Below are positions 28,886-46,433 of a DNA stretch of 64,000 nucleotides, in pieces; position 1 is the first letter of the stretch; the number at the start of each line of letters is the position of its first letter. A program made the translations under genes and the position numbers. Origin of the DNA: Eledone cirrhosa. Taxonomy: Eukaryota. Below the pieces are notes generated by a model. That model was given only the letters and a program-made list of their open reading frames with translations, had not been told where the DNA came from and ran no database searches. The stretch is taken from the NCBI GenBank assembly GCA_964016885.1, contig OZ024749.1, positions 49,228,001 through 49,292,000 of the forward strand. Reading direction: 5' to 3'.

Positions 28886-31845
28886 GTTTAGGCCCTATAC
28901 CTCAGGGATCAAATCACGCCAACGTTAACCGTCTCTTCATTTCTGAGCAGTGTCGTTACAATGAATATCAATCAATTAATGGTGCCATATGAATTTCATA
29001 TAGTCGCGAGTTTGAACATTAAATACATATGTACTAACGATTGAATTGATAAAAATATAACACAAAATATATTTTATCAATACTACATTCTTCACAACCA
29101 AAGTCAATGATGTTTTAAGTTAGGCGTTTATTTATGAACGATAACATTTAAACACATGAAATAATTTTCCGATGATCTACTGTGTCTGTATCGACAGAAA
29201 CTGCACCTAAATATGATATTTACATTTACTTATACATTCGTTCTTATTTGTTTAGACATTGTGTATATATTATTACATTCTACATTTTGTCGTTCCTTTT
29301 TAAAACCGTAATGTGTAATTTGGGATCCACTTCGCTCCTATACTTAAGATAACAAAAACATGTAGAGGCGCCGTCTTTTTTCGCAGAAAATTATTGATAA
29401 ATTAAGGGATAGTAGTTTTAATAGTCATTTCAAGCAGATATGACCTTGCTTATATATTTTTTTGCTTAGGAAAAAAACAACCGTGATAACTTATGATCAT
29501 AGTACAACATGACCATGCCGTGATTTATTTTAAACATTATATCAGAATGTACGTTCTTTCATTTATTAAGAAGCTTTAGTTTCTGGTTGCCATTTCTAGA
29601 TACGCAAGCGACCAGCTATAAAAGTATATCGTAGTCAGATTTGTATTAATAGTTATCAGCCCCTCTAGACATCTCCGTGCATATGTTGATGTTTTGATGT
29701 ATAGATTGAAGTTAGTTTCATAGACAACTTGAAATACAGCTTACTTATGTACGTAGAATAACGCTGGATATGTAAAAATATTGTAAAAATAATCAATTTA
29801 GGAATTGGATGCATCAGCAAAATCACAATATCAGTGTATACGTTGAGAGAATACTGTCTGTTGGGTACGTCAACAAGGAATGGTAAACGATGGTAACCTT
29901 ACTAAAATAGATATGCTGCTGGAAATACAGATACCGTAGAGGATATACACGAATGGCGTGGATGACGTTGAGGGTTTTCGTACATAAAGTATATAGCTTA
30001 TTTTTATGAAACCTCTTTTTATTTTAATTTTTCCAATTTAAAATTTGAAATTAAATTAACCGCATATGTTTTTCAAAGCATATATATATATATAAATTCA
30101 TGATACACCAATATAGACAAGTTGGAAATTCATCTACAAGACTTATGACCGCGAAATATGTCCCATTGCAAAATTGAATGCTCTATGGCCAATGTTGTCT
30201 GATGGAAATTCAACAGATGACAAAGCCTGACACGCATATCACCGTAGGCGATATAATCATGTCCCACAATGCTAGCAGACACAGTGAATCCATTCAAATG
30301 CTCTAACACTAATACAGGATCTACAATTCTTAGTTTTCTCAGAAAATATTTATATAAACGAATAATAATATACGCTAATATGTCCGTATATATTTAGTGT
30401 TGAAGTGATATGAAACAATAAACACTGTATGTCTTCATCTTTTATATTAATTAATTACAATTCTTCAATTATATTGATTAAATTTAGAATCTGTTGAAGA
30501 AGAATTAATTACATTCTAAGGAGCATTTGTTTGCGAAGTACATATAGCAATAATCGATTTTTTTTTTTTTGCTTTAAGTTTTAATCATGTGCACTTGATA
30601 GTCTTTAAAAGTAATCTAACTAAAATGGCCGACAATGGAAGTCGCGTTATAGAATATATATTTATTTATTTAAAATGTACTGAATAGCCTAAAGTAGTTT
30701 CATTTTCGTTTATTAATTTCACAAAAACATTTTTTTCTTCTTATAACTTCTCTAGTTCTTGTATATAAATGTTTAATAGCAATTTGTAGAAGCTTATTTC
30801 AAATGAAAATTTAAAAAAATGTATCAATATTTCATTCGTCCATACAATATATGTGTCGCATGTGCAATATCATTAGATATGTGGGTAATATTTATATGTT
30901 TGGAAATGTCTATCCAGTTAATAATTGCATGCAGTTTGGTGAAGTGGTTGTAATAAAATTCACAGTTGTTATCGACACTAAGAATATATGACCAGAAAAC
31001 TATTCATTGATGTCACTCTGATCTGTAATAATATAGAATACAAGCCATGGATAACAATATTTGAACAAACAGTATGAAAGTAATCAATATAGTAGCAGAA
31101 GTAAGATGGGTATATACATATGGATAACATATTCAAGGAATAGTATCAAGGAAGAAACTACCAGAATACAACATACAATTAAAAAGAGCAACTAAGAATA
31201 ACGACGTTGGAAACGTAATTGAGATGTTATATAGTAGAAACATGTAGTAGACAGTCTTGTCAGTTAATATATCTCAAAGTATGTAATTGTGCAGTATTCA
31301 ACAGAAAGCTGCTAAAATTCGCGTATTTTCTAAAGAGTAAAAATTATTAGAACTCATTCAAGAACATTTAATGATAAGGCAGCATTTTGAAGAAGAAAAT
31401 AAATATATATGCATATGGGAAAAAGAAATATATATATTCTGTAATATTTCTTTTAGCTGTGATTAATTGGACCATACCTACAGCTGTAGAAGTACTAAAT
31501 ATTGGGAATTACACATTTTTTATTTAGTTGTAATTGCTCATTAAGTACTATATTGAATATGTGACTTTTATTCGTTAATATATAGGTCAATAAAATATTT
31601 AAAGTAATAACATTGAAATAATGAACTAAATTAGATTCTTCCAAAATTATATATCTGTACTTGAGGAAGAATAAAAAAAAAACACTTCTATTTCCTAGAC
31701 ACAATTTCAATAATGAAGCACCATATTTTGTATGCCTTTTATTTCTCATATTTAATAGCAAACATTGATTGCAAATTCATTTTACAGAAAATGTATTCAT
31801 GTGAATTGAAACGTTATTAAATTCTGTGTTATGTTTCTTTTCAGA

Positions 31846-31877
<32 letters not shown>

Positions 31878-32015
31878 CTTAACATCACTTACAAATAGAT
31901 AATGTGTAATGTCCCACCTATATTTGAAATGCCGTTTCTTAAATCATTCCACACACACACACATACACACATACGTGTTACAGGACTAAAACAGTTTCAT
32001 TCGGAGGAAATCCTG

Positions 32016-32070
<55 letters not shown>

Positions 32071-33196
32071 TACATAGGTGTGTATGATTGTGTATAGAAC
32101 ATTATATTAATAAAAAATAATTCAAACTTTGTCTGATTTACTCGTTTTATTTACACTCCTTCAAAATGTATAATGGTATTAGAATGAAATGGTAGAATAT
32201 TAAATGTTAAGTGTTAATTGAACAAGTACTTTCATGCTTTCGCAATCTTCAGGTTCATATTCTGTGGTGACAGTCAAGTTTGCAATATATATATATTTAG
32301 CAACTAGCGCCGATAAACTATCGAGGAATATTATAAATGAAAAGCATACTAAATTAGAATATGATCCTACTTCAAATTATGTTAAGAACTATCACTAAAT
32401 AAAAATAAAAAAAAAATTGATGCAATAAAACATGAAACAATTAATCCCAGTGAAACAAAATGTTAGCAAATGTCAAATCATAAATTACATTTTCATATAA
32501 ATAATAAATATAACAAGACAAATGCATATCGTTGCATTCGGAAGCCATTTTAACTCCTAAGTCTCCACAGAATCTTATAAAGATAGTTCAATGTACATTT
32601 AATACGCAAGCGACAAAATGAATCCTGCTAAATTGACCACAAACTCAAGTTTATTGACAAACCCCCCTTTAGCCACTTATGATGTAATTCAGAATACAGG
32701 ATATGCTGTATGGATGAACATAAAAGTAACATATTAAACGATTGAAAAAAAAAAAAATTTATATTGTTTGTTTCTAATGATGATAAATTATGAATATACT
32801 TCGATCATGACAGAAATGACAATGATTGATAGAGGAAATAACGTGATTTTACCATAAAAGTGTATAATTCATTTTCACCCTCGTGCGAAACATAAATAAT
32901 ATATTTCAGATAATTTTTCTCCACAAACTTACAGACATCTAGGCAATAACATTTTCCTTAATGTAAGAAGTTTTAATTTGATAAACCAATTCATGGCTTC
33001 CCATTTATTCCTGAATAATGCCAACAGATAATCTCACACTCGTTCAGAACCACATAAACAAGCATATATATATGTATGCATTTATTATATATATACAAAC
33101 ACGTACATCATATGTACGAAGTCGTACTTTTCCGGAGTAAAATAAATGAGAAGTTACTTCGTTTCTCTCTCTCTCTCGCATATATATATATATATA

Positions 33197-33283
33197 GTAA
33201 TAATAATAATACATGTGAAGATTAAAATACAAAGAGGCTCGAGGAGGATAAATATACATCAAATATATAAGAACCCTAGAGAA
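33197..33283 (-). mobile_element. Family G pLTR terminal fragment
   Basis: Homologous to 18289-18372. TA-flanked. Confidence 0.65.
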
Positions 33284-33659
33284 TATATATATATATATAT
33301 ATATATCACTTAAGAACCAAAAAGTTACTTCAAACAATTTTACTAGTGTCTACACGTGTTTCAAAATTAATATAACCAGGTAAGTGTAAATTTCTTTCAG
33401 GAAAATAATTCGGGATTTGGAAGATGAGTGTCCCAAGAAATACAATAATCCATGGTAAATAAAATAACGGATTATGTTCTCTGCTGTGACCCACATACGA
33501 TGTTCTTTATGCAAAAGCAACCTCGACGCTTTAGGCAGCGAGCAATTACTTATAATTAAAAGAACATTTAAAATATAGTTTATACTTGAGAGAAGTAAAT
33601 GCGTTATGTAGTTAGTGAAGTATACCTTTAGGGGGGGGGGGGCTATTTTTTAAGGTATA

Positions 33660-33825
33660 TTAAATCGACCCTAGTGCATTACTGGTGCCTTATTTAGCGA
33701 CCCCATAAGTATGAAAGGCAAAGCTAACCTCGGTGGGATTTGAAATCAGAACGTAAAGAAACGTAACTCTGTGCTGCGAAGCATGCTGTCCGACGATCTA
33801 CCGATACTGCCAATCCACAGCCCTT
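33660..33825 (-). mobile_element. tRNA-derived SINE (cephalopod-type)
   Basis: atcgaccctagtgcattactggtgccttattt...atgaaaggcaaag...ggtgggatttgaaatcagaacgtaaag. Homologous to the 26752 copy. Confidence 0.75.
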
Positions 33826-36539
33826 ATAAATAAATATATAATGAAAGTAATCTTAGAAATTCAACAAATTCTCGTTTTTGATATGTTAATGGTACGTTAA
33901 TATCGTACTATGGAGTCTATGGATTAAAAATACGCAACTAATATGTTAGTGTATTTTGTCACCATCTGTAAATGTTCTGCAATGATAATTTCATCATTTA
34001 TATTTGTATATTGATAGTATCATCAGAAACACGAGGAATTCATTGTATTGTATTTCAGTTTCGAAATATCAGCATCGTTTAAAGAAAGTAACGTTCTCAA
34101 CCATCAATGTGATATTACTGATGGAAATTCAGTTAAGTACAGTCGATAGTTGATTTTCCACATAATCAACAATCACATATGGAATACGAAAATATATAAA
34201 ATAATAAAATCAATATAATAATATTCTTCAGAAATAAAACTATGTTAAGTTCATTCGTTGAGAAATGTCTGAATTTTGTGAGATATTCTATTTAACCCTA
34301 CCATTAGATAATTTCTATAGTTGCACATAGTTGCACATTATATCACTTAATAGGATAATGCATGGTAATCCCATATCGGTAATTAATATCGGTAAGATAT
34401 TATTTACGCTTAAATTAAAATTTGATTACATATATATGGAAGTTAGTTATTAATGTGTTTTACGAAAAAAGAAATAATACATAATTTTTAATATAAGTGC
34501 ATTATTAATATATCATGATGTATTCCTTATGCAGATATATAAAGATGCATCACTTTAATATATTTAATATGTATTCAAATATCAGCTGTATTCAATCACG
34601 TTAAATTGATAGATTTAACTCGACTCAATGGCGCTAAACGCATCACTACTTAAATATTCCTTAAACATTCAAACCCAGAGATTTTGCTATCTAATTTCAG
34701 GAAACATGGCGATTTCAGAAGTAAATGATAACGTATGGTGATTAAATGTGTGAGTAGTCTTACATGACAAAATGAATAATCTCTGATAGTCTAACAATAT
34801 TTTTGTCAGGAAGGAATATCTTGTGAGTTTATGGTTTCTCTTAGGAATAAATATGCTTTTCCAAGGGAGATAGAGGGGAGAGGATGTGTAAGACAGAAAG
34901 AAAGGGAGAGTAACATAGTGATTTCGCTAGGAAGAGAGTGAGATCGAGAGCGGAGAGAGAGAGAGAGATATTTAGAGAGAGGGGGTGAGAGGGAATGAGA
35001 GAGAGACGGAAAGAGAGTGGGGATGAGAGGAAATATAGGGAGAGGAATGGGTGAAATAAGGTGAGGGAGAGATGGTGTGAGCGAGAAAGAGAGAGATAGA
35101 TAGAGAGAGGGAGAGAGTGATAACATAAACAGTGAAGTCATGCATGCAATCCAAGAAGAAATTGTTAGCCTGGAAAATACTACTTAGTATTACAGTTATT
35201 TAATTGTTAATGCATTTCATAGCTTTCAAACCACGGTTTTTCTATTCTAAACTACTTAAAGAGAAACAAAACTCTACCTCTCATATTAAAGATTTAGTAA
35301 CAACGAAACAAAATGTATAACCTAACATAGTTGTTTCAATGATACAAGTTGAACGTACCGCCCAACCGTATCCAATTTAACTAACGCTGTACATAATATT
35401 AAATATTGAGCTTATTTTAATTTTTCACATGTTCTTAGCAAATTATCGATTAGACTTGAACATGATAGTATTATATCCACTGAAGTGACATTTGTGCTGT
35501 CACTTTTTTTCAAATACAACCTAGTTAAATTGTAGTATCACAGTGGCCCACTTCTCACCGCCATATACGTTTCAACATTGCGTCAATACGTAACCTGCAA
35601 TACTAGCACATAACACAATTCTCAGCTATGCAAAGACAAAAAGAAATATATATTTCATAATAGCATCTAACTGGTGTTTTATTTTGAGAAATTTCCTATA
35701 CCGAAATTTGAATTAAATCTATTCTTTGTAGCATATATATAAAATAAAAGTAATTAAATAAAACTATATTACATAAAACCTATATTAAATATTTATTGTC
35801 AATATAACATATTAAATATATTCTGAAATATTGTGTGCTTTTTTTCTTATAAACTTTGTGTGGAATATTATTACATGTTATTCAATGAAAACAGAATTTG
35901 ATTTCAAGTTCCTGTTGTATAGTTGTAGCATACACAATCCTATTAAAACATCCAAATAGAAATAAGGTAGTCTATAAGTATTGCAATTGTGTGATTGACG
36001 CAAATATATACTAATGCAAATATAATATATACCGTTGAATGCTCTTGATATACACAAGTAGATTCAGTGTGAGAACATAGAAGGCTTATGCTATGCCATT
36101 TAATACGTGATGTATAATAGGACATTCGAATGAATTGAATGCCAGACGGAAGTGCTTTATTAGGAAGGTATTTCTAGAACGAGGAGGAGGAATATGAGGA
36201 AACGCGGGGGGAAAAATGGAGAAGACAAAATATTTCAATCATAAACTTGATGCTATTATGTATCACGTAGTATTTGCATTTACTTCCGATCAATGTAACA
36301 ATTGTAATGATGCAATATATACATTTCTGGTCGTGTGACTAGAAAAGTGATGCCATTTGGAGTATGTTAATGAATTAAAAGTTTGATGAAATACATTAAA
36401 GAATACGTAATTATTTCACCTACCCACACATGCATATATATATATATATAAAGTGAAATAGTGTAGAATAACATAGCCGACAATCTAAAAAAGCTTTTAT
36501 TCACAGTATTAACAATTGTTTCATTGGTTAAGTTGTCTT

Positions 36540-36787
36540 GACATTGCCAATCACTTGAAGTTGTGTCACTCAACTATGAATACGATGTATACTTAACCAA
36601 ATCATCAGTTATCGTTCACTATTATTACTCCAAGATTAACGTACATAGCAACTCACGAGAACTCATATACTTGCTACCTAAAGAAACTTCTTGTTGAGTC
36701 AAACAACACCGTACGCTAAAACTATCCACAATGCGGAGTATTCACAATCTCTAACTGGATTACCTATAACGATAACTTGTTATCCCA

Positions 36788-36790
<3 letters not shown>
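36540..36790 (+). mobile_element. Decayed pLTR-type fragment with TACTCC/GGAGTA module
   Basis: TACTCC 36626 / GGAGTA 36735, loop AGATT pairing to AATCT 36746, terminal hairpin gataac/gttatc, then TA run. Confidence 0.4.
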
Positions 36791-36819
<29 letters not shown>

Positions 36820-36822
<3 letters not shown>

Positions 36823-36927
36823 ATAATAATAAATTTGAAGACTAAAATCCAAACAGGGCTCGATAAGGATAAATATACATCAAATATATAAGAACCGTAG
36901 AACAAATATTTATTAAAATAACAGTTA
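36820..36927 (-). mobile_element. Family G pLTR terminal fragment
   Basis: Homologous to 18289 and 33197. TA-flanked. Confidence 0.65.
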
Positions 36928-37044
<117 letters not shown>

Positions 37045-37060
37045 AGAGAGAGAGAGAGAG

Positions 37061-37594
37061 ATAACTGAGGATGTCTGTTTGTGCGTGTGTGTCTGTGAGC
37101 TTGAATACATAAAACTCGAGAAGTACCCAATCGATCTTTTTCAAATTTACATGTGTATTACCTATGTTTCAGGGAATGCTATGCACATAAAATATTCAAC
37201 TCGTTGATCCCCTAGGGCCCGCATTAGGTGAACAAACTTCATACCGTGAGCAAAGAAAATCCAACTTGTTTATGGCCTAGGGCCCGCATTAGGTGAAACA
37301 CTTCATTTCTTTAGCTTTTTAGGGCTTTTTTGAGGCGTTACGTCTAGCCGATTTTTTTCCAAAATGTAAAGGCATATTATGCACATAAAACAAATTCATT
37401 TTCTTGATTCCCAGGTGACAACCTGCATTTTTCCTGCTTCATCGAGGAAAATCTTAAACATTATCCTGCCATCAGTGTATTCGGTTTATATTCTTTACAT
37501 ATTGTTCAGGCATGCAGTTTTCCCACGATTAGATCTGTTGGCGGCCCGCGTTCCAAAATACCTTATCCCGTGCAACGCCGGGTACCACTGCTAG
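37061..37594 (+). mobile_element. Non-autonomous Helitron (5' end approximate)
   Basis: 3' hairpin CCCG-tgcaacgc-CGGG (37567-37582) followed by CTAG|T. GTCT/GT-rich 5' region. Internal 22-bp direct repeat at 37211 and 37276. Confidence 0.65.
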
Positions 37595-37854
37595 TATATA
37601 ATACAAGGACGATTTGTATATAATACAAGCCTTCATTACTTTTATTGATTTGTGACGCGCTTTTCGCTATTGATCAGCTCAAGGTTCGATCTGTATCGAT
37701 CTGCCATGACTCTGGAATCAAAAGCAAATCGGACAACCGCTGTTCTAATAACATATAATACACTCTGTTTAGTTCTATACCTCGCCACTGACGTGAACCT
37801 AAACATCGACTGCTCACCTGGATGAAGCCACAATAACTTCCCGTTACACTCCCT

Positions 37855-37936
<82 letters not shown>

Positions 37937-38349
37937 TTATACATATATATTTATATATTTATACACATATATGTGATGGCATTTATGTGAACATTTGTAC
38001 GAATCCATATAGAGAGAGAATGAAAGGCCGATAGTGGTAATTATGTTTTCATACGTTGAATTCATAAAATATAAACATATCTATAGATTATGCCTCAAAG
38101 GAAGACCCCTGAATTTATACAATATGGATTGTTTATACACACACGCATTTAAATATAGACGTACACACATAGACAGACAGACACACATATTCGAATATAT
38201 ATATATATGAATATAGAAATCAAAAACTATATGAGTATTTTATTTTTAAATAGAATGTTCTAAGCTATTGAAATATAGAATGTCACTAACACTTCGCTGA
38301 AATTGAGCAGTATCTCCGTTATATACTTGCCTTTACTCCATACACACAC

Positions 38350-38354
38350 ATATA

Positions 38355-38406
<52 letters not shown>

Positions 38407-38421
38407 TACATATATATATAC

Positions 38422-38486
<65 letters not shown>

Positions 38487-38487
38487 C

Positions 38488-38566
<79 letters not shown>

Positions 38567-38597
38567 CATATATATATATACATATATATATATATAC

Positions 38598-38637
<40 letters not shown>

Positions 38638-38705
38638 ATATATATACATATATATATGTATACATATATATATATACATATATATATACATATATATATA
38701 TATAC

Positions 38706-38749
<44 letters not shown>
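38350..38749. repeat. Interrupted (TA)n microsatellite
   Basis: Directly visible. Confidence 0.95.
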
Positions 38750-38752
<3 letters not shown>

Positions 38753-40202
38753 TACAGTCAAACCAAAAGATTATTGAATAGTAAGTTTTCTTGAACATCT
38801 TTATAGTTCATTTTATTTCGGTATGCCTAGTGGCATCTTATTTTCTTTTAGATTGTCTAAAAAAATAATAATACGAAAATTGAAATGTATGAATCGGAAA
38901 CCAATGGGCATTCAATGGATGTTCTATAGTTGAATCTGTAGATGTGGTGCTGCTGTATTTAAAAATAATAGTAGAAACTCTTAAAAATGAGAATTATAAA
39001 TTTTGTTTGGTTATTTTTTTTTGTAAAGAAAATCATAGAGGTATAAAGAATATATTCATATCTTCATGGTCGGTTATATTTAACACATAAATATTGTTTT
39101 CTTTATTTTGTGAGTGTATTTTAAATTTGTCTGACTTTTTCCAATCTCTCAATTTAAGATTCTGTTTCTGACATTCACAATTGTATATCTCATCTGCCTC
39201 AATATATTGTATCGATATATACGTTCCATTTATATTCGCTTGATGAGTGAAACAATCTTGCATTCACATGTGTGCATGTGATTGTGTATGTGTATGCGTG
39301 TTTTTATACTTTCTATTTTCTCGTTTTACCTCTCCCCTTTGAATTAAAGCATTGAAACTGACGGATTATAATAGTTAAACGTAGGCTATACACATCTATT
39401 AATCCAAATTGTAATGTAAACGGATATCCTCTATTTTGGAAACATTCCCCCTATAAAATTTGTATATAGTATATAAATACGCATACATTAGCAAACTATC
39501 ACCTTACAACGTCGCTAGGAGAGTTTAAACAAGCAAGTACATCTTTATCATATGGAAAACTTTAAAAAAATAGGTTAGAGAGGATTTGTTTCCTGAAGCG
39601 TTTGCACAACACATTACCTAACTTCAAAGGTATTTATGTGTTTATGTATATTGACGGAGAATACATTTTCTTCGGTTGATAACAAAAATTAATTACAAAC
39701 ACCAGGTTGTCAATGAAAATTATGATATGAAACAAGCAATTATAAATAGTATATATAATTAGGGGCAAATTAAAATATACATCTAACATTGAGGCTTAGA
39801 AAAAAAGTGTTTACAATTTTTCCAAAACGCTTATCTAGGATAGAATTTAACATATTTTCTATAAACAATCGCCCTGTAGCTGTTGCAGAGAAGCGAGTGT
39901 CCCGTAGAGATAATCTCACGAATGCTCGTACTATATTGCATCGCACTGATGTTACGAATACTCATGACACACTGTCGCCATCCAATTCTGTTGTTCATCA
40001 TTGTTGGAAGGTTAGAGATATTGTAGATTATGACGTAACAAGTTTGTTCGATATATTTCTTGGTTTGTCATCTAAATATAACTCACGGAAACAAGTGTAT
40101 TAATGTTTGTTAACGTGGATTAATTTTGACTAACTGAATGATTTGTCATAATGAGATCACAGTTAGGAACAAGGCAACTCCCACGCATTGTAGAGAGAGA
40201 GG

Positions 40203-40236
<34 letters not shown>

Positions 40237-41336
40237 TAGAGATCCGTCGTATCACATCCTCCAAAATAGGTCAGTGATATCCTTAGCCCGCTGTCTCGTT
40301 TCAGTATTGGACATTTGTGGCTTGGCTAAATGATATCTGTTGTATTTGAAAGGACAGGTAGCCATACAGATACATTATTATTTACTTGCAAGATGGATGG
40401 GAGAGTAGATGTATCTATTCAAGTATATAGCAACATATGTTTTCACGTTGACAACCGAGATTAAAAGAAGAGATGATTTGGTTCAGACGACGAATGCACA
40501 AACATATTATCTTTTTGCGATCATCGCGAATTCAATCGTGTTTCCTGTAGTAGTACTTGTCACAATACTGCCCTGAATATACCATACCTACAGGCAATTA
40601 ATTCTATTAATGAAGAATCAATGTGAATTTCAAAGAAGACTTGGATGTTATGAATGCAGTGCATTTGACTTGTAAAAGAGCTCACCGTTTTCATTTGTGT
40701 AAGAGCCTAAGATAACATATACTGACTCAGGAAATAATTGTTACTGCTAATTCATTCATATGTGTAGTTCTTAATATGTTTCTGCGTTTGTAGTTATCAT
40801 TCCACAAGAATGTAAGGAGTGTATATACTATTGAAGGTTTCTGAGACTGCCTCCACTAAAATTGATGCGCTTTTTATTGGTTGATGATTAGACATATACC
40901 GCATCAACTTATACCCACCGAATATATGGATATAGATGTGACTAACGAATGACATATAATGAATAAACATAACGTAATATGTTTTTAGTTTGATAACTGA
41001 CAATTATGTAAGAAAATGTACATACACAAGTGAACGTAATATAATCTTCCGTTGATATGTTTTTTATATTCACTAGATAAAACTTAGACACTTATTTCCA
41101 CTTTTCGTTTTTTTAATTAATATCTAGGCAACTGAAATTCAATATTTTATGGTAGTAATCTCGAAAGGTACATGAGAAACTCTGCTGATAAAATCCCACC
41201 GGTTTTAAGTGAAATTGTATCCGACTTACTCCTCTCGAATAAGCTAAATTTCCTGTTTAAGTAATTATCTCTTTCACACGTATATTCATTTGACATACGA
41301 TTCCTCAGAATAGTAGTTCTGCCGAGTTTTCAGAGC

Positions 41337-43425
<2,089 letters not shown>

Positions 43426-46101
43426 TTATATTATATTATATAAGTATATATAAGTGTGTGTATGAGGGCAATGTGTTGTTTTGTGGTAGCCTTAAATATT
43501 ATTATAAGATAAGAAGCTAGGTTATAAAAGAATATATATATATTATAAATATAATAATTTATGTATATTCTTCGTCCAGCAATTCACCAGTCATATTATC
43601 TGTCTTATAGCATATATATTGAACATTCAAATCAGTTTTGATTTACTCATCCATCATATGTAGCTAATAATTACCATAAACGTGTATTCGCGTGTGAGAT
43701 TTTATTCACATTCTTATCATCAAGCTACCTTTCACTATTGTTTTGTTTATTTTATCCCAAGATAATTCAATGTTTTATCTATAACTGCTTAAGCAAAGAA
43801 TAGAGAAAATCATGTCAATCAGACTTGATGAAACGTTTATATGAAATTCTATTTCTGAACTTTTGAATTTCTAAAATATAAATTCTGACAAGCCTACTTA
43901 CATTAAGCATTGTGAAGAATATTTCGAGAAGATTAAATTAGATATTTTCATATTGATTAAGTAAAGATATGAAAAAAAATATATTCGAGACAAGATTCTC
44001 TTCAAAATAGTATTTTAAAATACTGACTTACTTATACATATATTTACATAGTCACCATAATGTTTGTAATAGTGAATAACTCTATAGGAAGCTGACAACT
44101 ACTCGACCAATTCGAGGTTTTAGCTAGTAGTGCATAATATGTTTCTCAAATGGCAAAGCTGTAAATAGATACCATGTGTCGAAACAATTAAATATTCCTG
44201 TCATTGTAGCAACTTAAGAATGATCGCTTATATTTTCAGCCCACTACGTAGCAGATAATATATCAAACCTTTCGTTACATCATGCGGGTTTAATATGTCT
44301 TTAACATGTTACTGGTTTGAAAAATTATTAAATATTTGATCGATGTCAAAAATGATGAAAGGTAAAACCTACACGTACCCTCCAGGTTCGTGTAGGTTCT
44401 TATAAGCAAGATAAAAGCAGAAAGAAACAGTATTGTGATCAATGCATCGGTATCTGTATTTCATATTGTAAGTAAACATATGGCGCCTTTGCAATTTTAC
44501 GAACATCCATTTGATCAACTCCATGAAAATGTAAAGAAACCATATGCATAAGTTGCTGAGCAAACGAAACGATAACAACACATGTTGGCAAAAGATACAA
44601 ATTACTTCGAAAATAAATCCGTGCCTCAAATAAAGATTAAATGACACCTTTTTCAAGAGGTAAATACATAGTAAACATTAGTGCAATTAAAATATATTCC
44701 AAAAGGCATCACCTATACACAAATGGTTCATTTACGCACTAAATGAAACGTTGACAAACATATTTATTTTGTTGCTAACTTAGTACATTTCAAAGACGGT
44801 AGTGTTTATACTATCAACAAATGTGTGTATGTGTTTGTGTCTTTCTTTGCGTGACTCTGTGTGTGTCACTCTATGTGTGTGTCTCTGTGTGTATGCGTGT
44901 GTATATATATGTGTGTGTATGTGTATATGTGTGTGTGTTTGTGTGTATCAACCCTTTTTCGATGTTCATTGACGACGTAACTGAAGAACTAGTTTTCCTT
45001 AAATATAGCTTATATTCTGTTTTACGTTGGTTTGGAAACCTTGTATTGTCATAATCATTAGAATAGTGAGATAGAGAATGGGGTGTTTACAACATGGTTT
45101 AATATTACATTTTTTCCCTTGTGGTTTATAGGTTATTTCTCTATGATGCATTGAATAAATTAGTTTATTATTAGCCTCATTCAATACTTACTTGCATACG
45201 CACATTTAGTGAGGAAATGAAAGGGTTCTGATCTTAGGTGACCCAACGCAATTATAACTTCTTTTTCTATATTACTTCAATTTGAATACACTCAAAATCT
45301 CTTTGAAGATAATATGCTATTCTAATGCAAATGCAAAGCAAAACCTAATATAAATAAATTTAATTTGCGTTTTCCAGCAAATCCATTTTAACTTGAATAT
45401 TCACTATAAAAAAACCAAAACAAATAAGAACATAATTAGATTTTATTTTTCGCATGCTTCTGTGGATGTGTAAGAACACTTGACTCAAAAGCTAGAATTA
45501 GTCTCTTGCCTATTGCACACTACTGCAATTAAAATCTAAAAGTTGCAATAGGGGGCGGTCATATAAGAAATCAATATCAGATTTGTTTGGTTCCCTGGCC
45601 AGATTTACGAAAAAGATATAGTGATCACAGAATGTTTCCTTTTTATATTATCAATAATGTTACTGTGTTTGAAATTATTAATGTGACTGCGAAGGAAGAC
45701 TAAATAAATGAACCGAGAGAATATCGATTTATACATGCTAGAAATGAAAATATTACACATTTTTTTAATAGATTAAAAACCCTCATAACCGACATGTTTA
45801 TGTATTTTATCGGACATATGCATCTCAGTGGAAATTTTATCGCAAATATATTTATGCACATCAAAATGGCTATGCATACTACAAAATAATTGCTGCAGAT
45901 CTCGGACTACACTTCACTAATAAACGTATAAATTGCATAAAAGAGGTAATATTTTCTTGTCGGATTATGTATTTTTTGTTTAGTTTTGTAATTCAAGGAT
46001 AGACGAAATAACGAATAGAAGATAATAGATAATGTAAGTTGCAATAGTGTGTTCTACTAATATATAATGGCTAGATACCCATCTCAGATATGCCGCCCTC
46101 A

Positions 46102-46139
<38 letters not shown>

Positions 46140-46240
46140 CCTTGTCTATTTTATTTGGTGTTAACAATACACAGACTCGGAATGATATTAATGACTTGGA
46201 AACTGTAAACCACACACACTTATAAAAACATACATACACA

Positions 46241-46433
<193 letters not shown>

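Noticed and set aside
37645-37690. Minus-strand gct-gatcaat-agc-GAAA-agcgcg-TC half-hammerhead
   Set aside because: 5' core CUGANGA and stem I are absent; at most a decayed remnant.
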